Under the pieces are notes generated by a model, which was given only the letters and a program-made list of their open reading frames with translations, did no database searches and had not been told where the DNA came from. A program made the position numbers and the translations under genes. From Candidatus Heimdallarchaeota archaeon (GTDB lineage: Archaea > Asgardarchaeota > Heimdallarchaeia > Hodarchaeales > Hodarchaeaceae), in contig JBHLSH010000070.1 in the NCBI GenBank assembly GCA_048881705.1, forward strand, positions 1 to 21,328: a DNA stretch of 21,328 nucleotides, given 5' to 3'. Below are positions 1 to 12,000 of this stretch, piece by piece. Position 1 is the stretch's first letter, and each line of letters begins with the position of its first letter.

Positions 1-2
1 CA

Positions 3-3000
3 CTGAATGCTATATTCAGTGATGAATTTTCTTTCTCCGTCATTGATACTTTCATGCCAGAGATTTTGATTCCAGCATCCCAGACATCTAATTCTCCTGA
101 ATATAATGATACAAATTCTGTATCAATTTTGGCTTTCGAACCCAGTGATGCAAGCGGAATAGACGCGGTTTGGCTGAACTACACCTATGATGACTGGCTG
201 ACCTCCGTAGTTGAGGATATTACATCTACTCAATCTTTTACCTTTGCTGAGGAGATGTTGCAGTTTGGTCAAACTTATCGCTGGATAATAGGATTTAATG
301 ATAGTGCGGGAAATTCAGGGTATAGTGATGAATTAATTTTCACGGTTGTAGACAATCACGGTCCCGATGTTATACAACCCGCCACACAAACTACATTTAC
401 GCCCGAATTTAATGGATCTGTGGTCGTTTCTATTGGCGTTTCTGAACCTAGCGATGCAAGTGGATTGAAGGCAGTCTGGCTCCATTATACGACTGATAAT
501 TGGTTTTCTTATTCCGTGATTAATGTCACATCTACCCAATCTTTCTCCTTTTCACCTGCCATGCTGGAATATGGCCAAATTTACCAATTGACGTTCAGAT
601 ATGAAGATATGGCAGGTAATAGTCGGTTTAGTAACGAACTGTCATTTTCGGTCATAGATACTTACTCACCTGATGTTTTGGTACCACCAGCTCAATCCAC
701 AGACTCGCCCCTCTATAACAGCAGTGTTTCCGTATCGATTACAGTAATAGAAACGCAGGATGCTGCAGGAATAGATATGGTTTGGATCAATTATACCATT
801 GATAACTGGCTAACCTATAATCTTACAATTATTACCGCAACCCAATTTTTCACCTTCACTGAAGATATGCTCCGGCATGGTCAGATATATTACTGGAAGA
901 TAGGCTATAATGACACAGCAGGAAATCAGAATTTTGGAAATGAATTGTTTTTCATCGTTGAGGATATTTTTCCTCCTGAGGTTATTATAGCGGCCAGTCA
1001 GTCGACTTCTTCCCCTGAATACAACAGTACGGTTCTCACATCAATCAGTATAGCGGAGCCAGAAGATGCGGCTGGTATAGATATGGTCTGGATCAACTAT
1101 ACAACAGATAACTGGCTAACGGTTCATATTGTCGACATTACCCAGTCACAATCATATTTGTTTGCTGATTCAGGTTTGGAATTTGGACAAACCTACAATT
1201 GGCAGATTGCGTATAATGACTCAGTAGGTAATACAGCTTATAGTTCCGTTTTTTCCTTCACCGTCATTGATTCTTATAAGCCAGATGTTGAAGTTGACGC
1301 TTTCCAATCTGTCGGGTCTCCGAACTATAATGAAAGCGTTGATGTTGCCATTATTGTATCGGAACCACCCGATGCAAGTGGTTTAGATACTGTTTGGCTC
1401 AATTATACATTCGATGACTGGTTGTCCTACACCATATTGGATATCACTGCAACACAAGGCTTTACTTTTGATGAAAGCATGCTCGAATATGGTCAGCTTT
1501 ACAGGTGGCAAATCTATTATAATGACACTGAAGGTAACATGGGGGTAACTGAGGAGTTGATATTCTCAGTTATGGATAAATTCGCTCCTGATGTGAATTC
1601 TGGTTCATTTCAATCAACCACATACCCAGAATTTAACGGTTCTGTTTTTGTTTCGATCAACGTCAGCGAACCTGCCGATTCGGCTGGCCTAGACAACGTT
1701 TGGCTTAACTACACAACCGATAATTGGACATTATACACTACTGTGGATATCAGTTCAGGTCAAGCGTTTACTTTCACAGATACCACATTAATATTTGATC
1801 AGACATACCAATGGGTTATAGGCTACAATGACACCGTTGGTAATACCGCGTATTCGGACGAACTAGTATTCAACGTCGTAGATAGCTATGCTCCGGATGT
1901 AACTATTCCACCATACCAAAGCACTCCCAATCCAGGGTATAATGAATCGGTTACGATAGCAATTACGGTTAGTGAACCCATTGATGCAGCAGGGGTTAGT
2001 AATGTTTGGATAAACTATACTCAAAACGATTGGACTTCCTTTTCGTTTGTGAATATCACCTCACTGCAATCGTTTACGTTCACGGATGTTATGTTAACCT
2101 TCGGGCAAGCTTATAGATGGGTTATTGGATTCAATGATACCCAAGGCAACACAGCCTATAGCGAAGAATTCTCATTTATTGTCACCGATGGATACGCCCC
2201 CGATATAATTGTACCTGCTCAACAGTCATTAGATGCGCCTGAATTTAATGATACCGTAGGAATTTCGATTACTATCGATGAACCTATCGATGCAGCGGGG
2301 GTCCATATGGTCTGGCTCAATTATACATTCGATGACTGGATTACATATTCAATTAGTGACATTACCTCTACACAAACATTTACGTTTACTGAAGAAATGC
2401 TCCATTATGGTCAGTCCTGCAAATGGAGGATATTAAGCAACGATACAGTTGGTAATATTGTCACTACCGGAGACTTCCTCTTTAGTGTAATCGACACATA
2501 TTCTCCTGATATTGTTGTTTTGGCTAGTCAAAATACCTCCATTCCACAATATAACGAGAGCGTAACCGCTTCGATCACAGTAAGTGAACCGTTTGATGCA
2601 AGCGGTCTGGATATGGTTTGGATCAATTATACCCTGGACAATTGGCTGACATTTAACGTGTTTGATGTCACCTTGGATCAATCTTTCAGCTTTTCTGAGG
2701 CCCTTCTTGAATATGACCAAACTTATAGCTGGAAAATTGGTTTTAATGATACAGCAGGTAATGTGAAATTCAGTGTGGAGAAAACATTCCAAGTTCTTGA
2801 TTCTTATGCCCCTGACATTGTGTCAGGTCCAGTTCAAATCCCCTTCGCCCCCAATTTCAATGAATCACTTGTTGTTTCGATTTCTGTTGTTGAACCTCTG
2901 GATGCAGCAGGTTTGGCCAATGTTTGGATTTATTACACGTCTGATAACTGGTCTTCGTACACTGTTGTAGATATAACAACGACACAGGTTTTCACCTTTT

Positions 3001-6000
3001 CTGATGTAATGTATGAGTACGGCCAAATATATCAGTGGAAGATACTGTACAAAGACATTCTGAACAATGAGGGAGTAACAAATGAGTTCAACTTCATTGT
3101 TATAGACGAATTTGCTCCTGATGTTATGGTCCAAGCAGAACAGACAACAAACAGCCCTGAATTCAACGACACTGTGATTGTTTCCATTTTTGTGGATGAA
3201 TCAGATGATGCAAGTGGAGTTGATACCATTTGGTTAAATTACACGGTAGACAAATGGTTGACATATACTGTAGTGAATATTACGCAATCACAAACGTTTG
3301 TTTTCGCTGGCGAGATGCTCGAGTTTAATCAAACCTATAATTGGATAATAGGGTACAATGATTCCGCAGGAAACGCGGGAAAGAGCTCGGAATTCTCTTT
3401 CCTAGTCGGAGACTCATTTGCCCCTGATATTGAAGCAGCTGCAAGTCAAAGTTCCTCTTCCCCTCAGTTTAATGGCACTCTTATTGTTTCGATCGCAGTT
3501 ATTGAACCTATAGATGCCAGTGGAGTGCATAAAATTTGGTTAAATTATACTAACGATGATTGGGGGACTCACGTTGTAGTCGATATCACATCAACGCAGT
3601 CCTACACGTTTAATGATGCATTATTGCGGTATGGCCAGATTTATTATTGGTTAATAGGATTTAATGACTCCGTTGGTAATGTAAGATATACTAATGAATT
3701 TATGTTTACGGTTGTCGACTCTTTCAAACCCGATGTTATCAGTCCGGCTCATCAATCTACCACGATACCTCAATTCAATGAGTCAGTACTAGTGGCTATC
3801 AACGTTTCCGAACCCTTAGATGCCGCAGGCATAAATAAGGTATGGATAAACTATACCACAGATAATTGGATAACTAGTTTCGTTGCAGATATAGGTCAAT
3901 CCCAGTCGTTTAACTTTACAGCTGACATGCTTGTATTTGGGCAGCTATATCAATGGATAATCGGTTACAATGATTCATTAGGCAACACTGGTTTTAGCCT
4001 GGAATTTTCCTTCTTAGTAATCGATAACTTTGCCCCTGATATTGAACAGGAGCCTGTTCAGACGGCTAGTACTCCAGAATACGATGATACAAACATTATT
4101 TCTATTTCTGTGGTCGAACCAGCGGACGCAAGTGGGATTAGTTCAGTATTATTCTATTATCGGGTTGACTCAGGTATTTGGCAGGTTGAGGATGTCACCA
4201 TTTCAAGGAATTTTGCTTTTACTCCTGATATGTTGTCCTTTGGGCAAACTTATGATTGGTATTTCCGGTTTAACGACACGGTAGGAAATTATGATCAATC
4301 AAACGTTGGATCATTTTTGATTGTTGATAATACCTCTCCAACATATTCAGATCTTAATCAGACAAGCAGCACTCCAGAGTACAGTGAATCAAACAACGTT
4401 TCGGTAGTTGTGAGTGAACCTCCTGACGCAAGTGGTATTGATACGATTTTGCTATTCTATCGCATAAATAGTGGGGCCTGGAACATTGAAGATGTTACCA
4501 CCACCAGCAACTATACTTTTACTGCTGATATGCTTAGCTATGGCCAAGTGTATGATTGGTACTTCTGGTTCAATGATACCGCTGGCAATGGCGGCCAGTC
4601 TAGTATCGTTACTTTCACTGTGGTGGACAACACCGCCATGGAATACTCTGGTTTAAATCAAACAACCCCGACACCATCATATAATGGGTCAAATACCGTA
4701 TCCGTAAACGTTCACGAGCCTGCAAATGCTAGCGGCATAGATAGAATCTTCCTGTACTATCGTATAAACAGTGGGGCCTGGAACATTGAAGATGTCACCA
4801 CCACCAGCAACTATACTTTTACTGCTGATGTGTTTAGTTACGGCCAGGAATTTACATGGTATTTCTGGTTTAATGACACGGCAGGAAATAATGACCAGAC
4901 CCTCCTCCAAGTGTTCAACGTCATAGATCCTTATTCTCCTGAAATTGCCCAGAATGCAATTCAATCGACAAACACTCCTCAATACAATGGCAGTGTTCTT
5001 GCGTCAATCAGTGTAAGTGAACCCCAGGGCAGCAGTGGAGTGGATACAGTCTGGATAAATTATACCGATGACAATTGGATGACATTTACGGTAATGAATA
5101 TCACGAAGACTCAATCCTACGTTTTTAATGATGAGATATTGGTATTTAACCAAGTTTATAGATGGATAATCGGTTTTAACGACACGGCTGGAAACGTAGG
5201 GTTTAGTGAGGAACTTTCATTTGTTGTCCTCGATTCATATTTGCCTGACGTTATTGGAATAGCCAATCAGTCGACATCGGCCCCTGAATACAATAGTTCA
5301 GTAGTGGTTTCGATTTCAGTTGCTGAACCCGCTGATGCAAGTGGAATCGCCATTGTTTGGATTAATTATACCTTGGATGGCTGGCAATCGAATTTTGTGG
5401 TGCCTATTACACCATCTCAGTCTTATACGTTCACTGAGGATATTTTGGAGTATAATCAGGCCTATAGCTGGATCATTGGTTTTAATGACACCGTGGGTAA
5501 TACGGGATACAGTGAGGAATATACTTTCCACGTCATTGATTCATTTAAACCCACAACCGTTATTCCGGCATTGCAAAGTACTTCTGACCCTGAATATAAT
5601 GAAAGTGTATCGATCTCGATTTTGGTATATGAATCGGCAGATGCCAGTGGAATAGGAAAAGTTTGGATTAATTATTCCCTTGATGATTGGGAAAGTTATA
5701 CCTTCGTTGATATTACGCAAACCCAATCTTTTACGTTTAATGAGGAAAATCTTGCATTTAATCTAACCTATAGATGGTTTATAGGTTATAATGACAGCGC
5801 GGGGAATGTTGGTTATAGTCATGAGCAGATTTTTACAGTTACAGACGGATACGCGCCTGACGTATTGACCCCCGCCTTCCAGTCAAGTTCTTTTGCAGAA
5901 TATAACGGGACGTTAGCGGCCACGATTCTTGTTAATGAATCAATTGATGCCAGTGGTCTTGCGGTGGTTTGGATTAATTATTCTTTTGACGATTGGACTA

Positions 6001-9000
6001 GCTACATCATCTTCGATATTACGCAAGGACAATCCTTTGTATTCACTCAAGATTTACTGGAATATGGCAAAATATATCGCTGGGTGATTGGCTTTAATGA
6101 TACGGCGGGCAATGCGGATTACAGTGAGGAATATTCGTTTTTGGTTGTTGATAGCTACGCTCCAGACGTTGAAACTGCCGCTAGCCAATCTACATCAAAT
6201 CCTGAGTTTAATGGCACTGTAGTGGTCTCAATCAATGTAACCGAGGCCATTGATGCAAGCGGAGTTGATACAGTTTGGATCAATTATACATCTGACAATT
6301 GGAATACATTTAGTTTTATAACCATAACAGCAACGCAATCTTTCACTTTCACTGAAAACATGTTAAGATTTAATCAGGAATATCGCTGGATAATAGGATG
6401 CAATGATTCCGCAGGGAATATAGGAAAGACATCCGAATTTTATTTCTTTGTCGTGGATTCTTATGCTCCTGACGTTTTAAACCCCGCTGATCAAACTACG
6501 ATTTCTCCCGAATTTAATGGAACGGTTATGGCGAATATCACGGTTATTGAACCAACGGACGCTAGTGGTCTGGATTCAGTATGGCTAACCTTCACCAATG
6601 ATAATTGGCTAACATCCAGAACCGAAGACATTACCGAGTTTCAATCATTTCTCTTTAATGATTCTTTATTGCAATTTAATCAAACCTATCACTGGTTTAT
6701 TGGATTTAATGACACCGTTGGGAATGTTGCTTTTAGTGATACTTATACATTCCTGGTTATAGATTCTTTCAAGCCTGATATAACACAACCAGCCAGGCAG
6801 GCGTTTAATACGCCAGAATATAATCAATCGAACATGGTAGATATTGTAGTGAGCGAGCCCCCTGACGCGAGTGGCATTGACACGATTTTGCTATTCTATC
6901 GAATAGATAGTGGGACCTGGAACATTGAGGATGTCACCACTACCAGCACCTATACTTTTACTGCTGACATGCTCAGCTATGGCCAGGTGTATGATTGGTA
7001 CTTCTGGTTCAACGATAGCGCTGGTAACGTGGATCAGACCAAAATTCAATGGTTCAATGTTATTGACAGCTTTGACCCTCTTTATTCGGACCTTGAACAG
7101 ACTAGTCCAACCCCTCAATATAATGAAACAAACATAATTTCAATCACGATTGGTGAACCCAGCGACGCGAGTGGAGTCAAATCGATTTTGTTCTACTATC
7201 GGGTCAATTTTGATGAAACATGGATAACGGTGGATGTTACATCTACTAGCCAGTTTGCCTTTACAGCAGATGATCTTGAATATGGTCAGGTTTATGACTG
7301 GTACTTTGTTTTTGACGATCTGGCAGGAAATAGTGCCCAGACCCCAACTAAAACATTTTCTGTTTCTGATCAGACAAGACCAAGGCTGAGCCAACCATAC
7401 GATATAACTGCATCAGAATATCTGACCTGGGGTAGGTTGACCTGGAAGGCAACTGATGTATACCCAGATTCTTTTGAAATTTATCAGAATGGATTACTGG
7501 TGGACTCGGGTAGCTGGAATGGACTCCAGATTGGCATTGATCTCATGGGACTCCCTGAAGGGAATCATAACTTCACTTTGGTTGTTTTTGATAAAGCCAA
7601 CAATAAGGCAACAGACGTTGTATTGATTAATGCAGTAAAGAGCTTCATTCCTCCTCCTATTGGAGATTTAGTAATAGAAAATCACACAATTTATCTTCAA
7701 AACGAGAGCCTAGCTCTTAACGGTAATCTGCTGATAAAAGGTAATGGATCGTTGACGTTACGCGGATCTACTCTTGAACTTAATAGTACATTCGATGGAC
7801 AATATCGTATTGAAGTTTATAGAGGCGGTTTTTTAGCGATATTAAATAATTCTATAGTTACCTCCAGTGATATACAGGAAACATACTATCTGAAAGCGGC
7901 AGCTGGAAGTTTATTATCCATTAATGGCAGTACCATTATGCATGCAGGGTTTGCATCCCGTGAACTATCTGGCTTGTATATTAACACTGATAAAGCACAA
8001 GTGATTAATAGTTTCATCAGAAACAATTACATTGGCCTGACTCTCAATAATGTTGCTTATTGTACGATAATCAATAATACTTTCGAGAATAATTATTTAG
8101 GAATTTTGGCCGAGAATGCAGATTCATGCCTCATCGCGTATAATATTATTAGAGGTAGCTCCAATTTCGGAATACTCTTGAATAAATCAAGGAATATTAC
8201 ATTAAACCAAAATCATATCTATAACATTGTAGGCGAACCAGGTGCGGATGGAATCACCTCTTCAGAATCTGGAACCACGGGTTCTATGGCTGTTGGTATC
8301 CATTTAATGAATTCAAGTGAGAATTTGATCATAAACAATGTAATTGACAATATTATTGGAGGTTCAGGGGGAACTGGAGGAGGTTTCTCAGGGTCTGGTG
8401 GAACTGGGGGAATCAGTGCTGGCATATTCCTAGAAAGCTCTTCTGGAAATATTTTCGCCAATAATGGTCTTGGCATTATCACAGGTGGAGCTGGAGGTTC
8501 TTCTGGCGATCTTTATGGATCAGGAGGATCTGGAGGAGTAGGCACTGGGATTTTATTATTGGATTCAATTAACAACTCTTTTAGATTAATGAGCATTACC
8601 GATATTCAAGGAGGACTTGGAGGTAATGGAGGCAGTGAATATGGATCTGAGGGTAGTCCTGGTAGTAGTTATGGAGTATTCTTTGAATCTGGCAGTTATC
8701 AAAACGAGTTCGAATCAACTGTGGTCATGGAAGGAGATCCAGTTCTCTACATGTATGGCCAATCCAACTTGGTTGTTGAAGATTTCAATATTTCTGCCAA
8801 TGTTAATCCAACTAACTTGGGCAAGATTGTCGTGATCAATTGTTATAATGTATCGATCAGAAACAACATTTTATCGAATTTTTATGGCGTTAATGGTATA
8901 ACTGGAGATTATTTTACGCCAGGGACAAAAGGAGAGCGTGGTACGGCAATCTATCTATTGAATTCTTTTAATGTTATCATAGAAAGAAATATAATTAAAA

Positions 9001-12000
9001 ACATCATGGGCGGGTCGGGCGGCACAGGAGGTTATCGAGGATCTGGTGGAACTGGAGGCGAGGCCGCTGCAATATTCCTCGAATCGTCTGCTTATAACAT
9101 CATTAGAAATAATACGATTATGAACATGATAGGCGGAAAAGGAGGAGAAGGGGGACGTTTAGGATCAGGAGGACCGGGAGGCAAAGCGACCGGAACCTAC
9201 CTGAGGAATTCTTCTGATAATTTTTTCTTGAAAAATGCGATTATATCTGGTGAGGGTGGATCAGGAGGATCAGGAGGTTACCATGGATCTGGAGGACAGG
9301 GTGGAACGGCTGCGGGAATCTATTTTGAGAATTCTATTGAGAATTTAATTGAGAATAACTCTTTTGCAAACCTAATTGGAGGAGTCCGAGGTTTGGCTGA
9401 AATCGGCAATAGCCATGGAACAGATAGTGCTGGTTTTGGTGTTTATTTCGAAGCAGACAGCTACAAAAACCACCTTGAAGGCAATCTCTATGATGGCGAC
9501 CTTGTTATATACCTCTACGGACAAAAGGATCTAATTTTCGAAAACCTTAATCTGACATCGCCAAACAATCCCACAAATCTAGGTAAGATTGTCTTAATTG
9601 ACTGCTATAATATTACCATCCGAAGAAATAATATTTCATTCTATTATGGAGTCGGAGGGGGCACAGGAAACAGTCTGGATCCAGGGGATTTGGGAGGATT
9701 GGGGGTTGGCATCTATCTTTTCAACAGTTCTTTTAACTTCATCGGGTACAACATTCTCACCGATATCACAGGCGGGATGGGAGGAACAGGGGGCTGGTTA
9801 AATGCAGGTGGCAAGGGAGGAAGTAGCATTGGGATTTACTTAGTGATTTCTAGTTTTAACACGTTTGATTTCAATGTTATGATGAACATTAAAGGTGGAA
9901 TTGGGGGTAAAGCTGGCTATACAGGGGTGAATGGAACAGGAGGAGATAGTATCGCCGTTTATATGGTAAATTCCTCGTACAATTCCATTACTGCTGTGAT
10001 TTCTGAACTTGTTGGTGGTGATGGAAATGCCGGTGGCAGCCAAAAGAATATCGTCCTATCTGAGGACTCCAAGAATAACTTCTGGGCATATGAATCAACA
10101 TCCAAAAGAGAATACGATGAAAATCAGACAATCTATTTTGGATTAGATGAGCATTTTGACAATGATACTCTTATCATATATTACCGTGTTGACAATGGAA
10201 GCTGGAGTACCATTGATACCTCAGGGACTCAAAATTATACCTTTACCTCAGAGTTGTTCTTTTATCAACAATTCTGGGAATGGTTTTTCTGGTTTAATGT
10301 AACATCTGGACAGAACTATGAAACTGGACTCCTAAGCTTTAAGATTATTGATACAAAACCCAAACTCTATACAGAAGTCTTTCAAACAAACTCTACAATT
10401 AACTATTTTCGATCCAACACTGTTTCCATCATTATTGAAGAACCAGAGGGATCTAGTGAAGTCGACACCATTTTACTATATTATCAGCTAGCAAACGACT
10501 CGTGGAATTTTATTGATGTTACTAGCGGGAGAAATTTCACCTTTTTGGCGGATCAATTAATCTATGGTCAGGTTTATCACTGGTACTTCTGGATTAATGA
10601 TACAGCAGGGAATACGAATAGAACAGGAATCTATTCTTTTTCAATAGTAGACAATACGGCTCCATATTATTCGAATCTGGTTCAAACGAATGAATCAATC
10701 GAATATGATGGAATAAATTTCATAAATGTTTCAATTACAGAACCTACAGACGGAAGTGGAGTCGATACAGTCCTATTGTATTATCGACTTGATAACGACT
10801 CATGGATTATTGTAGATGTCACTGATGGACAAAATTATACCTTTACGGAAAAGCAACTGGTCTATGGACAAAATTACGGCTGGTATTTCTGGTTCAATGA
10901 CACCGCCGGAAATAGCGGACAAACTGAGATGAACTCGTTTTCAGTAGTTGATTCAAAAGCACCAATAGTTACTAACATTAGTTTCACTGGTCCTACTATT
11001 CAATACACCGAATCCGTCCATATAGAGATAGATGTCATGGAACTGCCTGATGCAAGTGGAGTAGATACTATCTTGCTTTACTACTCTTTAAATGATAATT
11101 GGACAATCAAGGAAATTACTCTGACACGAAACTACACTTTCGCCGAAAATGTACTCCGTTATGGGCAACTTTATTCTTGGTTCATTTGGTATAACGACTC
11201 AGTGGGTAATTTCAATAAAACACAGGAAGAATCTTTCTATATCGTTGACTTGACGCCACCCCTTCATGATGTTCAGACCTATGGCGTTCCTGAATATAAT
11301 AAGGACTATACGGTATCTGTCTTAGCAACAGAACCAGGTGATGCAAGTGGAATGGATTCTATCCTATTTTACTTCTTCACAAACCATAGTACTGGCTGGA
11401 AAACCAGTGATATTACGGAAACGGGCAATTTTACCTTTAGAGAAGAGGACCTTATCTTCAATCAAACCTACTTTTGGTATTATTGGCTAGCTGATAGAGC
11501 AGGGAATACTAACCAATCTCGCATTTTTAATTTCACTGTTACTGATCTAACTCCTCCGTCCTATTCTGACCTCACCCAAGATTCTTTAAGCCCAGCATAT
11601 AATGAATCTAACACAGTTAGAGCCGATATTTATGAACCTTTGGATGCATGTGGCCTTGATTCGATATATATTTTCTATAGAGAAGATAACCAGTCTTGGC
11701 AAAAAACCAATATAACAGAAACACAAGAATATACGTTCGACGAGGTCTTATTAATGTATGGACAATTATGGGAGTGGTATTTGTGGTTTAACGATACTAT
11801 GGGCAATTATGCTCGTACGCCCGTTGCAAACTTCACCGTAGAGGATTATTATTACCCAGAATTTGCAGACGTGACTCAGAGTAAGACCATAATCTACGCG
11901 GGGGAAAACAACACTGTTTCACTAAGTGCATCAGAACCAATCGATGCTTCAGGGCTAGAAAAGATTCTCCTTTATTATTCTCAAAATCAAATATCTTGGT

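Noticed and set aside
54-56. ATG 54 as the start of the giant protein
   Set aside because: The frame is open to base 3, the upstream codons continue the repeat consensus, and there is no signal peptide or RBS.
4457-4829. Near-identical repeat pair as a diversity-generating retroelement TR/VR
   Set aside because: The differences are synonymous third-position C/T changes inside a coding repeat, both copies are in the same ORF, and there is no reverse transcriptase in the window.
57-7379. Periodic repeats as a CRISPR array
   Set aside because: The ~306-nt period is in-frame, protein-level and degenerate at synonymous sites. There are no identical short repeats with unique spacers and no cas genes.
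8232-10038. Gly-rich segments as collagen-like triple helix or PE_PGRS protein
   Set aside because: The segments are short (15-19 aa) GGX arms interrupted by beta-helix rungs, with little Pro and no PE domain.
333-10043. Short alternative-frame and antisense ORFs (60-120 aa) inside the giant gene
   Set aside because: They are shadows of the long repeat ORF. Several recur with the repeats (e.g. 4471 and 6910) and show no independent protein features.
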